Shown here piece after piece: positions 1-14,369 of a DNA stretch of 64,000 nucleotides; within the stretch, counting starts at the first letter, position 1; every line of letters begins with the position of its first letter. The translations under genes were made by a program, and so were the position numbers. Under the pieces are notes generated by a model, which worked only from the letters and a program-made list of their open reading frames with translations, was not told the origin of the DNA and made no database searches. The DNA lies in assembly GCF_009834535.1 (NCBI RefSeq), contig NC_045696.1:12650001-12714000 (forward strand), written 5' to 3'. This stretch comes from Camelus ferus (Eukaryota).

Positions 1-3000
1 TTTCCCAAAACCTTTAACACTTCATATTTCTACCAGCCCTGAGAATAATCTTTCCCCTAAATCACCACCAGTAATAGTTATCATAGTTCTTTTCCACTTT
101 TGTCAGTCTCATGTAAAATGACATTTTATTTTTACTATAATTTGCATTTCAAACAATGAATTTGAAATCTTTTTATAAATTTGTTGGCCATTTGGATTTA
201 CTATTCTTTGCCCATTTTTCAGTTGGGTTGTTTCTCGTCTTGCCAAATATTTAGCTATTGGACAAATCAGTTACAAATATTTTATTCTAAATTGAATATT
301 TGTCTATATCTTTTAAAGGTACCTTTGGTCATATCAAGGTTCTTAGCTTTATAAATTTAAACATATCTTTTCCTTTTGTAGCTTCTGGATTTCTGTAGCT
401 TCTGGAAAAGATGTTCTTCAGTGCATAGATTTTATATATTTTGCTTTGAGATAATTTTAGAAGACTTTTGCAATTTTATTTTGACCATGTAAGTTTTTCA
501 GCCATCTGGAATTTATATTTAAATGTAGAATAAGATAGGGATCTACTTTTCTTCCAGATGGGTAGGCGATTTTCCAAATATCATTTATTAAATAATTGAT
601 TGATTTCTCACTAAAATAGTCTATCACTTTAGAAATATATTCAACTATCATCTACACTAGGCTTATTTCTTCATTCTTTATTCTATTCCTTTACCAATAC
701 CACGTGACTGAGATACAGTAGCTTTATTATACATGCTAATACCTGTAAGATAAGAGCTCTCACTAGTCTCCCTTGCTTTTTCTTTTTTTCTTTTTTTTTT
801 TTTTTTTTTTTTGGCATTTCTGGAACATCTGTTCTTCATTATGGACTTTAAACTTCTTTGACCAATCATCCTCCCCAAAAGTACCAATTCTAATTTAAGT
901 GCACTAATTTACATATTTATTAGGTATATGGATTTAACATTTGTGTTACTAAGTACTCCTGACCAGCAGGTATGCTTTCCATTTGTTCAAATCTTACCTA
1001 ATTTCTTTCAGTAAGATTTTATCATTTCCCTTATAGAGATAATTTGTCTATCTTATTCAATTAATTCTTAAGTATTTTACATATGTCAACACTTGTAAAT
1101 AAGACATTTTTTCCCATTTTTATTTCCAAGTATTTTGTTAAAGTAGATTAAAACTATCACTTTTTAAAAATTTTATCTTGTATCCATGGCCTTACCAAGT
1201 TACCCTTTTTAAATCTAGTGATATATACTAGGAGATCTTGAATTTTCTCAGTATAAACTATCATCCTCAAAAAGATTATCTTATCACTTTTTTCAAATTT
1301 GACATCAGGCATTTTACTTTATTGCCTTCTATATTCACTAGCACCTCCAAGGTAATGTTAAGTATAATGGTGATAGTGGTTATCCCTATCTTGTGACTGA
1401 TTTAATTAATATTTGTGTTTTTAAAATTAAAGTATTTGCTGAGTGGCTTTATAATGTCTCATTTCATAATCTATCTCCCTTAATAGTTTTATTAGAAATG
1501 ACTAATGATTTCTGTCAAATGTCTTCTAAGTATCTATTGATATAACCGTATTTTTTCTTTAATGTGTTTATGTAATAGATTATGTTGATAGATTTCCTGA
1601 TACTCAAGAACTCCTGAAAATCTGGTATGGAAAATCTACTCTGTAAAATGCATTGCAGATTTTGTTTGGTAATAGTTATTAAGAATTACCCTTTACATTC
1701 CTTGGTGATCTATGGCTTTATTTGTTGGCCAACTTAGCAGGTTTGTTTTAAAGTTATTTCGGCTTGATAAAATGGATTTGAAAGATTTCCTTCAACATTT
1801 CAGATAATATTGCAGTTACCTACTTTTTAAAGATCAGCCAAATCTTAGTTTTGAAAATATCTGATTATGGTGCCTTTCTCAATGTCAAAGTTATAATCTT
1901 TGTTATGTTACCTCCAAAATTTAATCTACTCTTAGGTCAGTTTTGTTAAGAAATCATTTTTTTTTTCTAGATTCTTCAAATTTATTACTCTAGAGTTGCA
2001 TGAATTTTTATATTTTAATTATTTTAAACTTTTCCCTATCTGTATTTTATGTTTCATTCCTTGTTCTTAATATTTACTCACTTTCTAACTCTTTTCCTTA
2101 ATCAGAACTATAAGGTGCTCATCTATTTTATGGGTATTTTAAAAATTTCTTTTGGATTTGTTTATTCTTTTTTCTAATTTTTTAATTTTGTTATTCATTA
2201 ATTTCAGATTTCACTTCTTATAACTTATCTCTTTTGGTTTATTTTTCTAACTTCTTAAGTGGAATTATTATTTCATCTATTTGGTTTTATCCTTTAATAA
2301 TGATGGCATTAAAAAGCTAAAAATCTCCCTGAGTGCAGATTTTGATAGCTTTCAAAGATTTAGATATAAAGTGTTGTCCTTTTCACTGTTTTCAACATAG
2401 TTTGTAATCTCACTTTTAATGTTATATTTGATCCAAAGGTTATTTAGAATTATGCTCATTAATTTCCAAAGAGACTAAAATTTCAGGCCAACTTTTTTAT
2501 TATTTTTCTCCTATTTTGTTGAATTTGATCAGAGATTTTGAACTACAAAATTTCTACTTTAAAATTGTTGAAGTTTTCTGAGACTAAGTACAGTACGAAA
2601 ATAAGATCTATTTCATAAATATTCTGTAAATATGTGAAAAATATGTATTCTCCCTTAAGAGGATGTAAGGTTTAATAATCTATTAAAGTTTATTGATGTA
2701 TCATTTTTTCCTATACATCCTTTTTTTGTTGTTTTTCACCAGACTTGTACAATTATAGAAGACAAATATTCTTCCACAATAATTTTATTTTTTTCAAATA
2801 TTACATTCATTCCTAAAACACTTTGCTTTGTATAGGTAGCAGCTATGTTGTTTGGTGTGAACAAATTTGTAAATGTAATACACTCTTCATAAACTGTTCC
2901 CTTTATTATTACATAATGTACTTCTTCAGTGCATTTAACTTTAAATTTGACCTTGTCTATTAATTAATATTGCCATTTATTGCATAAAATAAATTGCAGT

Positions 3001-3050
3001 CATGTCAGAAAATACATATTCTGGGTCTTATAAAGTATCGCCAAAGAATG
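1..3050 (-). mobile_element. Old, heavily decayed L1 ORF2-region fragment
   Basis: T-rich + strand with antisense L1 phrases, e.g. taccaataccac...gtagcttta and gatagtggttatccctatcttgt. Confidence 0.7.
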
Positions 3051-3719
3051 CCCTCCTTTTGGAAAAGGGATTCTATGAGCTACTCTCCATATAAGTCTTT
3101 ATACTGTTCAACTAGACTGCATTCATGTCACAAAGCTATATATGTTTTAGGAACAGTGTTCTTACATGGTCATATGCTCATTGAAAACTACCCAGATTTG
3201 AGTCAGGTATTGTGGTTGGTTTCGACTTTTGGACAGTAACAGACTCTTGTTTCAGAGGTTATGCTGACCCAACTCAGCCTGTAATCCCACTATTAAGACT
3301 TGTACCCTTTTTCCGATCTTCATGTCTGGACCACAAAACAGCTGCAAATTTCCACCACATCTTCCTTTCTTTTTATTTGAATTTGTCTCATATCTCTTTG
3401 TTTAATCTTTAATTTTAGCCATCAACACTGCCTAAATGAGACTTTATTTTCTTATAAATAGTATATAGCTACATTGTATTTTTACCCCAGTCTACACGCT
3501 CTGTCAACTATGTTCCTAACTACTCTTCTTAACCACCAGGACACTCTACCCCATCTCTACTTCTTTCTAAATCCCGATAAGATGAAGCTCATAAAATATC
3601 TTCATTCACCTCACTCCTCCCCTCCTTCACCCTCCAATGAGAACCTTGGAGAGCTTCTACTGCTCTCCACAGTCCCCAGCTTCTAGGTCTTCCTGAGTTA
3701 GTGTAGAACATATCAGACA

Positions 3720-5075
3720 TTTCAAACTGAAAAACTTCTGCACAGCAAGGAAACAATCCACAAAGTAAAAAGGCAAGCTACAGAATGGAAGGAAATATTT
3801 GTAAACCATATAGGTAAAGGGTTAATACCCAAAATATATAAGGAACTCAAACCACAAAATAGCAAAAAATAAATAAATAAATAAAAACCATATCAAATAA
3901 TCCAATTTAAAAATGGGCAAAGGATCTGAATAGACATTTCTCCAAAGAAGACATACAAATGGTCAATGGGTATATGAAAATGTACTTGACATCACTAATC
4001 ATCAGAGAAATTTGCAAATGTTAGCCACTATATATAAAAATAGATTAAAAAACACATTTATTCGGTATAGCACAAGGAACTATATTCAGTATCTTATAAT
4101 AACCTTTAATGAAAAAGAATACAAAAACAAATATATGTATGTATATACATGACTGGGACAGAAATTGACCCATTTTAACTGACTGTACTTCAATTTAAAA
4201 AAATCACAATGAAATATCACCTCACACCTAGTAGGATGGCTATTATCAATAAAAGAAAAGGTAGCAAGTACTGGTGAGAATTTGGAGAAAAGGGTATTTT
4301 TTATACACTGGTAGTGGGGATGTAAATTGATATAGCCACTATGGAAAATAGTATGGAGGTTCCATCAAAAGTTAAAGATAGAATTACATTTGATCAAGCA
4401 ATCTCTTGTCGGGGTATATATCCAAAGGAATTGAAACAGGATTTCAAAGAGATATCTGCATATTCAGGTTCACTGCAGCATTATTCACATCACCAAGATG
4501 TGGAAGCAACCTATACTTTCATCAACAAATGAACAGATAAGGAAAATGCCATATGTAAGCAAAATGGAAAAGCATTCCACTTTAAAAAAAGAAATTTTAT
4601 CATATGCAACACCATGAGGATGTTATGCTAAGTGAAATAAGCCAGACACAGAAGAACAAATACTACATGATCCGACTTATATGAGAAATCTGAAACACTC
4701 AAATTCATAAGAGCAAAGTGTAGAGAGTGGTTACTAGGTGCTGGGGGGAGGGGAAAGCAGGCAGGTGTTGGTAGAAGAGTACAAAATTTCTGTTATGCAA
4801 GATAAATAAGTCCTAGAGATCTTCTGTAGATCATTGTGCCTATAGTTACAATACTGTATTGTACACTTGAAACTTTGCTAAAAGGTTAAATCTTTTGTTA
4901 GGTGTTCTTATCACAAAAATAAAAAATAAAAATAAATAAGTAGGGCAGGAGGAAACTTTTGGGGGTGATGGATATGTCTCTGGTATTCGTTATGGTGATG
5001 CTTTCACAAGTGTGTTTCTCCAAACTCATCAAGTTTTATACATTAAATATGTATATGCAATAAAGTGGTTTAAAA
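3720..5075 (+). mobile_element. L1MA-type ORF2 end plus 3' UTR
   Basis: aaacttctgcacagcaaggaaacaatc; aaatgggcaaaggatctgaatagacatttctccaaagaagacatacaaatgg; MENSMEVP ORF; L1MA-type 3' end. Confidence 0.9.
4011..4203 (+). mobile_element. Younger 5'-truncated L1 3' end nested in the L1MA
   Basis: tatagcacaaggaactatattcagtatct...cttcaatttaaaaaaa is homologous to the reverse complement of 47461-47680. Confidence 0.8.
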
Positions 5076-6617
5076 ACAAAGAAAGGAAATTTCCTTAAGG
5101 CATAGTCTTCCTGTTGCAAAGACATTGCATAGTACTTATGGATCACATTTTGAGGAATTGTATTCTTGTGTTTGTGAGAGGAGGCAAGCTCAAGGTCCTA
5201 CTACTCCGCTGTCTTGACAAGATTCCCCTCACCACCCAGAGGAATTGTATTCTTATTCAGATAGTCATATAACAGAAATAAAGAAGAGAGGAAGGAAGGA
5301 AGGAAGGGAGAGAGGGAGGGAGGGGATGGACATTTATCGCTGCTCACCACTGTTATCTTGCCTCTTTATTTTCTCCATCTTAAGATTTCTGTTGTGGTTC
5401 ATTTGTTGTTCAGTTGGAGTATTTTCACAAGGACTTTTTTAAGGGTGCATGGTTGCAATACTCTCTGAATTCTTGTTTATGCTCATATTTCTTTCTTTAA
5501 CCCTCACAGATCAATGATATTTTATTTGAGAATACTTTGGGCTGCAACTCTTTGATACTATTCCACTATATATCAGCTTTCAGTAAATTAACTTAAAAAA
5601 TAAAAAAGGATGTCATTGTCCAATGCTTCACGTATATTTGCTTTGGCTGGTTGTTTGTAACTCCTGCCTAGAAGATTATAGCATTCTCTTCATTATTAAA
5701 CATTATTAAAGTTTAAGGATTTTATCAGTATATGTGTCTTTATCTTTATCAGTATTGACGTCTTTTCTTATCAGTAAAGCCTGTAATACTGACAGTCCTT
5801 ACAATTCACACTCTCAAGACTTTATTTACTTCAGATAAATTTTTATTAGTATTTGTTTAATTATGCTTCTCTTCCATCTGGCCTTTTTTCCTTTTAGAAA
5901 CCCTGATTATTTCCATAGTTATTCTCAAATTATAGATCCAAGCTGCATACATTTTCAGTTAGGACTTCCATTTGTGCTTTGAGCTAGTCCTTTCAGCTGA
6001 TGATTAGTTGACCAATTTAAGGACCCACAGCAACCATCCTTATCGTCAACTCATCTACTAAGTTGTTTATTTCAGAAACCATGCTGTCAAATTCAAAGCA
6101 GCCTTTTATCTGTTACACTTAAGCATTGTTCATTTTTTTAAACTCAAGCATTCATCTGCACTTCCAACTATTTTCTTCCATTGAGTTGGTGCTCTGGGTT
6201 TTCTGCCTGATTTTTTTTTTTTTTCTCTCACCTATGAGAGCCTTAGATTTGTTGTTCTTTATCTTTGACAGCTCACTGGGACCCCACTCGTGGTGTGGAG
6301 AATTCTTAATGGCTGAACTCAAGTGGGTGTTGGAAGGAGAAGAATCCTCCGGCCCCCCTTGGCCTGAGTATGGAAACCTCGGGCTCTTAATCTCCACTAG
6401 GTCTCCCTGTAAAAAGAAAAAGAACCAAATTCATGTCACTTTTGGAGAAAAAGCCCTACTGCTTACCCTTACCCTCAATGTTTGTTTTTAATGTATTAAT
6501 AAATGAACTGTTTGAGCTTTATCTTTGCTAGACATTCTCTAGAAGAAAATGTTCTCTTGTATATTCAGAGGGTCACCAGATCTCTAGAAGTCCATGAACT
6601 TCAGGTTAAGAGAACCT

Positions 6618-6820
6618 CATAAGAGATCTTTTATAAGGTCACTCATCCCACTCTTGAGGACGCTACCCTCATGACCTAATCACCTCCAACGGCCCCCCTT
6701 CTTGATATTTTGGCCTTGGATTTCAACATATGAATTGAAAATTCAATTCTTATTCATAAGTCAATGAATTATTAATTAAACAAAGGATTCAATTCATATG
6801 ATCAACTGAGACCATAGCAT
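6618..6820. mobile_element. MaLR (MST/MLT1A-like) LTR fragment
   Basis: cttttataaggtcactcatccc...ctcatgacctaatcacctcc...ttcaacatatgaatt...accatagca. Confidence 0.7.
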
Positions 6821-8689
6821 TCAGTATGAAGGGAGAAAGTAAAAAATGTAAAAGGGGTGATCCTGTCATGTCAGTTACAATTATAAGGAGCCACGCCATT
6901 TTAAGTTCTCACTAAATTACTTTTTTAACCATGAGGATTAGTCTAGGTGACCTCTAAAATGTCTTTTAGTTATAAAACTTGCTCTATTTGATTCATGCTC
7001 TAAGGTTCTGTTATATCTATATCAAATATTGCTTTGCAAATCAAATTACAAAGTCTTTGGAAATAGTAGTTATACCTTACACTCGTTTTTATCTCTCAAA
7101 GAATCTGTGGAAGTATCATACCCAAAATAGACGTTCACACATTGATTGGTTGTTCAATATTTTCATCTGTGGGTTTCTCCATATTCACTCAGTTATTTTA
7201 ATAACTGACATTACCTGCAACCACCAAAAGTGATTATTTCTGGCAGATGAAAGTTTGAGTATACTTCTTCTAATTCTTATGATATTCATTTACTCTTTTA
7301 CGTGTAAACCATTCATTTATCCTCTTTTTTGTTGGACACTGGCAGCTCCAACTATTTCATATGAATTTTTGGAGTTACCATACCTATTCACAATTATTAC
7401 TTTTTGTTAAAGAATTATTTTGGCTATAAGACTTGGCCCAGCGAAATTTCTGGAGAGTAACAGTCAACTGCAAGGAATTGGTGAATTGGAATAAATTGGT
7501 CATTAATTTTGTTGAAAAGCCAAAGTTCATATCTGAAAATGGTGGGAAAAATAAGCAAATACGTAACTTTTAATACATGGTTTACTTTGATTGATGTTCA
7601 CAAAGAGACATTAATGAATTTTCACAATCCAACCAAAATAGTTTATTAGTATTCCATCCAATTAGGCAAATAATTTTTATTAGTTTCTGAGCAGTTCTCA
7701 TATCCAGAGACTATTTAAAGGGTTTATATCTAATTTAGGGCTTATTCATTTTTTTGGTGTCACATAAGTATTTCAATTTGTACAGTAATGTTACAGACTA
7801 GAAAGACAATTGGTACTAGATGATTCAAACTGCAATCTTGTTTACACCAGAGAGTAGCCACTGGCCTTCATGAGGCTACTAATCCTCCTGTACTCTTTGG
7901 CAAGACAGGAATAGTAACCTCCCACTCCAGAATAACAGTGTAAACTCTGAGGACATGAAGGACTTTTACAGATTTGTCTTCCTTGGAAGACATCTCACAA
8001 AGACCTAAAGTTATTTCTAGAATACTATATTTCTTGTGACAGAGAAAGTCTCACATTTACTTTATCAATTAAATCTATTGGAATAATTAAGTTTATCACA
8101 AATATGCCTGTGGAGATAAAAATCACTGATACTCTAATGAAGTCAGAAGTGATGGATAGTGAGCTAAGGATTATAGTGCTAGCATGTACGTTATAAGGCT
8201 TGGTGGATAAGTGTAATTCCTACAACAAACATATTCTAATAAATATAATATACTTAAAAGTAATAAAATAATTTACTTAAACCAACATATAATAAGCCAA
8301 TGCAACTTCACATAACCAACCATGATGATAAGCACACAGTTTACAGTCTACAATCACATTTAAAGTCAGAAGTTCACAAAGTTAGAAATCACGGATCCTT
8401 AAAACTATTAAATGAAACTTCTTTCATTTACAGAGGAACTCTTTTCCATTCTTAGCAAACAGACTTGAAAAAGAAAAACTCAATTTTATTATAAAAAGAA
8501 ACTGGATACAGATAGACATAATTTAAATTTTATGACAGCTGATTCTTCATTAAATTAATTGACACTTGCAGCTACAACACTGAGTTATAATTTCTAGTTA
8601 GGACTGAATTAAAATGTGAGGCTTATAATTCTCTATGACCAACGTAGTATGCCAATAATAATTATTATGACCATAATAATACATTGAAA

Positions 8690-8880
8690 GTAGGTAATAC
8701 TTACTGAGCACTTACGATGTGCCAGGATTTTAACTATGAATATTTATTTAATCCCCAGAACTGCCCTGTGAGGTGGCTCCTAGTATGACACTCATTTCAC
8801 AGATGAGGAAATGACAGTTTAAAGAAGTTAAGGTCACAGAACTAGGAAGAGATAGATTCTCATTCAAACCATGCCCTGAA
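8690..8880 (-). mobile_element. MIR SINE
   Basis: ttactgagcacttacgatgtgccagg...catttcacagatgaggaaat core. Confidence 0.75.
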
Positions 8881-10081
8881 GAGTTAAATCATTTGTACGT
8901 CTCGTAGTTCAACAAACTGAAGTGCCCCTTTTCCATAACGTGATTTAATATGATGCTGCTGTTTTTGCTGAAGTAATCAGCTTACCTGAGGTGAGGTCAT
9001 CACGTGCCACTTTCCACAAAATACTCCTTTCCAATCTCTTCCTCCTCACCATACTGCTTTCCTTTACTTCTCTCTCCTTTTTCTCTTTCACTGATTTTTT
9101 TTCCTTCCCTTTACCAATTTTCATTTTCCCAACTTTTCTCCAGTTGTCCTTATCAGAGCAGTAAGTTTGCCAGGATCACCCAGAAATACCAAACAATTCC
9201 TGAAAGTGGACCCTTGGGGCTCCAGGGACTGATGATCCTTGAGATAGAAATTGAAGACAAGAAACAGAAGCCGGGAAAACCGAAGCGTTTTTCTCTGCAC
9301 TTTCTTTCTCTCGTAAAAAGTGCTGCTCACTTCCATTTATCTGGGTGTAAATGAAAACAAAAACAAACTGTCTAGCATAAAATGAAAGGGCTGTTTGTAA
9401 ATTTATTTGAATTTGGGCCTAGAATATTCTGACAAAACAGAGAGGGAGTTTAAGGGGTCACTTATTTTAGCTCATGCCTTCCCTCTGACAGGCAAGTTAG
9501 CATTGTACTGTAGGCAGGTCAACCCCCTCGTTTCATCAATGAGAGCGCTAAGGCTCGGAGAAGTGAGCTTAAACTCAAGGCGAAATAAACAAGAGAATGC
9601 GATTACATACGGCTGGGAGAGAAGGGGAGAATCACTTCAGAAAAGGTTGTGGTTGCATTCGTTTCTTTTGGTTGCTCTAACAACAAATTGCCAAAAACAG
9701 AAACGTTATTCACCACACTTCTCGAGGCCAGAAGTCGGAAATCAAGATGTCAGTGGGGCCACATCCGCTCTGAGGGTTCTAGGGGATACACTATTGCCTC
9801 TTTCAGCTTCTGGTGGCTCCAGACGTCCCTTGGCTTGTGGACTCATCACTCCAGCCTCCGCCACTGTGACCACCTGGCCCTCTCCTCTCTGTGTCTGTGT
9901 GTCAGCTTCTGCTGCCTCACTCACATAAAGGCACTTGTTACGGGATTTAAGTCCCACATTTCGGCCTGCTGAAACCAAGGAGGGGGACCAACACTCTGGA
10001 ACCAAGGAGGGAGCAGCCTCGTCTCTTGGGCTGGTGGTGGGAGTGACAGTCCTGATGGTCTCTGAATCACCTTTTGGGTGA

Positions 10082-10178
10082 TACGGGATATGGAGGGTCC
10101 ACAGTAAAAACTATACTTGATTTTTAACTGCAGGGAGGGTCAGTGCCCTTAATGCCCATGTTGTTCGAGGATCAACTG
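10082..10178. mobile_element. Tigger2-type DNA transposon end
   Basis: Ends in tgttgttcgaggatcaactg-TA; similar to 47340-47404. Confidence 0.65.
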
Positions 10179-10193
10179 TACTTCTCTTTTCTT

Positions 10194-10333
10194 TTTTAAT
10201 TTTTCTTTTTTTTTTTTCCTCAGGGAAAGTAATTAGGTTTATTTATTTATTTTTAGAGGAGGTGCTGGGGATTGAATCCAGGACCTTGTGCATGCTAGGC
10301 AGGCGCTCTACCACTTGAGCTGTACCTTCCCCC
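10194..10333 (-). mobile_element. tRNA-derived SINE (vic-1-like)
   Basis: Reverse-complement head with A and B boxes. Near-TSD ctgtac(t/a)tc(t/c)cttttctt on both sides. Confidence 0.9.
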
Positions 10334-13300
10334 TGTACATCCCTTTTCTTGAAGAGTAAACCAGGTTTGCGGCTGAATCATCCAACCCTGTCGAGTCCTA
10401 GAAGTGTGACAGCCTTCCTTTATGCTGTTGCACTTTCTCTGCCCAGTTTAGATCAGACTGGCATTGTCTCTGCTAGTAGAATCCCACCTCTGTTCCTGGC
10501 TTCTGCTGACATAGCTGATCGAATCCACAGGCACCCACGACCTCTTTAGCAAATGGTTGTTCAGCCACACTCTTATGGTTCTTTTCAGAATACAGTTCCT
10601 CATTTTTTGCAATATGGATAAGCTGAGATTTTTCCAAATCTTCACATTTTGGCTGCTTTCTGATTAACAATCCCTTCAGTTTATCGCTCTCCTCTCCAGT
10701 TTTACTATGAGCGGTGAAGAGAAACCAAGCTGTCCTTTCAAATCCTTTGCTTAGAAATCTCCTCGGCTAAATATCTAATTTCATTGCTCACAATGGAACA
10801 TAATTCAGCCAAGTTCTTTGCCGCTTTATAACAAGGTTTGCCTTGCTTCTGATTTCTAATAACTTGTTCCTCGTTTAGGTTGGAGACCTCACTGAAAGTG
10901 CCTTTAACATCCATACGTCAACCAGCACTCCCTTCAGGGCAATCTAGGCTTTTTCTAACGTACACCCCCAGCCTCTGACTACTACCCAGGCCCAAAGCCA
11001 CTTCCACGTGCTTGGTATTTGTTATAGCAGCACCCTACTTCTCAGTACCAGAATCCATATCAGTTAGCTTTAGCTGCCGTAACAAAATACCACTGACTGG
11101 GTGGCTTCAATGAGGAAAAATTTACTTTCTCACAGTTCTGGAGGCAGGGAAGTCCAATAAGGTTCCTGCTTATAGTGCTCTTCCTAGCTTGTAGATGGTC
11201 ATCTTCTTGCTATGTTCTCACATGGATTTTCTCTGGGTACAAGCAGAGGAAAAGAGAGCAATCTCTCTGATGTCTCTCCTTATAAGGAAAATAATCCTAT
11301 GAGATCAGGGCCCCACCTTATAACCTCACTTGACCTTAGTCACTTCCTAAGCGGCCCATCTCCAAGTATAACCACACCAGGGGTTAGGACTTCAGCATAT
11401 GTCTTTGGGGCGAACAGAAACATTCGGTCCATAACACACACCTTAACCAAAAACAAAAAACAAACAAAAAAAAACCCCAAGAAACAAAAAGCTAAAAGTA
11501 AAATGATGGATGAAGCTAAAATATGCTGAACATCAAACAAAACCTAGCATAGCTATACTAATTTCACACAAAGTAGACTTTCAGGTAAGAAGCTCTATCA
11601 GAGAGGAAAAGAAATGTTTTCAATGATAAAGATTCAATTAACCATGACTATGTAATTCTTCTGAATCTGGTCATCTATTAACGTAGGGTGAAAATCTATA
11701 ATGCAAAAATTGATCAATCTAAAACAAAAAAATAGAGTGTTCACAATTGAAGTGGGATATTTTAACGCACCTCTTTCTGTAATTGATAGAAAAAGCAGAC
11801 AAAAAGAATATGTTCGGGCAGAGAAGACTTAACATGAAAGTTGTCTTTAAAAGGCTAGAGCCAAAGAAAAGTAAAAGATGATATACGCCCTTAGTGACCC
11901 AGAATTACTCCAGATAACATCAACATAAGGTGTGGCATAGTGCTGGAGGAAGAGAACAAAATGACCTGCGAGGACTCTAAATTACTTGCCTGGTTCAAGG
12001 GAAATATGGACATTGAAAAGTTTCAGGACTCAAGAGAAAAAAATACATATGTATGACAATGGGCTTAAGCAAGGAGAAACCACCATAAGAATAAAAACAG
12101 AATGTATAGCTTTTCAGGACAGAGAAGAAAACTAATCTAGCCAACGAAAAGTGGGAAACTGAAATGACAGTCACAAACTTCTCCACTTAAAAACACACCC
12201 TGATAATTTATTTTAAGTAGTAATGCACTTCCCAGCTCCCCTGGAACTGTTTGAGCTTTGGGGGACATTATTTTACCGCTCTGAGCTTTAATTTCTTCTT
12301 CTATAAAAGGAAGTTGTTATTCCATATAAAGAACTTCGCACAATGTCAGAGTAAAAGGCGTTCAGTAAACATTAACTACCGTTTACTATTCTTACTAATT
12401 TTTACTATTATTGTTACTACTGTTTCTACTATCATTATTCATGTATCTTTATAGTCTCCTGAGTCCCTGACATAATGAACTCATGGTAAGCGCATCAACA
12501 TTTTTTTAGTTTGACTCATGCAAACAGATATAATTAGATCTTACAGACATGGGTAGTATTTCTTTGCAAGAAGAGATACAAAGAAGAGTTTGTGTGAACT
12601 CCAAAGTATGTCACAAGTAATAGTATATGGTGGCACAGCTATGGAGCAAAATGCATTAGAAAGCGTCAGTTACAAAGACTGACTGATTTGGGTGTGGAAG
12701 TCAAATTCTTGCTCAATTGGAGTAAGTTAGAACAGAAAGAGAAGAGCTTATTCTTGTCCACGGCTTGCTGGTAAGGAGTCAGGAAGCACATCACTAACTA
12801 GGTGTGTACATCAAGCCCCTACATCTTCACCTCTGTTTAATCGATAGCAAATTTCAATTTGAAGTCGGCTTTGCATATAATCGGTGCTCAAGAAATATTT
12901 ATCAATTTATCAACTTTGATCACTTTGTCAGTTTAGCAATTTCAATCATTTTATCAACTTATCAATTAGGTTGTACATAGTTTGCCACACTTTTTCAGAT
13001 ACCAAGAATGTCCAAAACTGACTTATCAGTATCTGATCTTTAGAGAGACACTACTTAATGGAGAAAGATTCAAACCAAGGTTTTCTATTATACGTTATGG
13101 ATGAACAAAAGAAAATTTGCTTTTATTATCAGTCTCTGCAAAGATTCAGTGAACTGTTCTTTCAAGAAGCATGACTTGAAAATTTAGTAGAACACTTATT
13201 GGAAACAAGAAAGATGAACACCTGAACAGGCTGGAAAATGCATCAGAGATAAACGCCTAAGCTCGTAGCAAAATGGCCAGGAAAGGAATGTTAATGTTAG

Positions 13301-14369
13301 TGTGAAATACACGATGGAGTCAGTTATTAATTTTCCCATCAAAGTTTCACTTCAAAAAACAAACAGTGCAGACTAGTCAGTGTTTCATAATGGAAAAAAA
13401 AAAAGGCATACCTTAGGAACTAGTTCACGGAGATATTTTCGTTCCTTTGCTTTGTTTCCCAATTAATCTTTTGACTATTTTGTGCACTTCCTTTCCTTCG
13501 GGAAATACTCTGAATCTGATCTGATTGTTTTCTTAAACCTATTTCGTGTGTGCAAAATACTTTGGTATTTGCAAATTTACAAAATGTTCTTAAAATCAAG
13601 AGAAAATAAATAAGTTAGAGTAAATTAAAACAAGTCCAACTCATTAAGCACATTTTTTGAAATCCCTCAAGTGTAGGAAGAATGTAGGTAGAAGAGAACA
13701 ACAAACAGTTAGGCTTGGGCCAGAACTTAGAGAAATCTCTGAAGATGTCAAAAATGATTTCATGTGAATAGTTGTGTTTGGGTTTTTTTTTTTTTTTCCT
13801 GAGGATTTCTTTTTTAAAAAGGGGCAGGGGTAGAATTGGAGAAGAGCGCGAAAGAGACAAGCTTATCAGAATTCAAATCTGGCAAGGATATTTTGGTGTA
13901 GTGAGCCTTCCCCAGCCGCTTACCATCTAGTGATAATTCGATTCCTTTCAAATCAACAAGAAGGAGCCATACTAGCACTGCGGGTGAAGAAAAAGATGAA
14001 CAAGACTGGGTTTTCACCCACACAAACTATTTGAGAAGAAAAAACTGGCTAAAATACACAATAATATTATAATGTTGTATAAGATTATAACAATCATATT
14101 ACAAAGAGGATTTCCAAGGTCATCTTCTCCCAGAAGTCCAAAGGAGATGACCTCTACTTCTTGCCTGTTAAATCCTTCCTATCTTCCTGTTCCTCAAGGC
14201 GACTTTAATCCCACATCTGTTTCATAGTCTACAAAACTTTCCAGCTTGCTTGTTGTTAATGCTGCCAATATGATTCCATTACAAATATCCTTTGATTTTA
14301 GTTCTAAAAATGTGGAAAGAGTGTCTTTTGCCCCAAGGAAGAAGGCAGCATAACACGCAGGGGCAAAAT

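Larger units (their letters stand above)
9655..11436. mobile_element. MaLR cluster: MLT1 LTR, internal-type sequence, MLT1A-like LTR
   Basis: gaggccagaagtcggaaatcaagatgtc; MaLR-internal-like 10350-11060; gctgccgtaacaaaataccac...cattcggtccataaca. Confidence 0.7.

Noticed and set aside
9407..10005. 173-aa and overlapping ORFs
   Set aside because: They run through MLT1 LTR sequence, with no known domain or exon structure.
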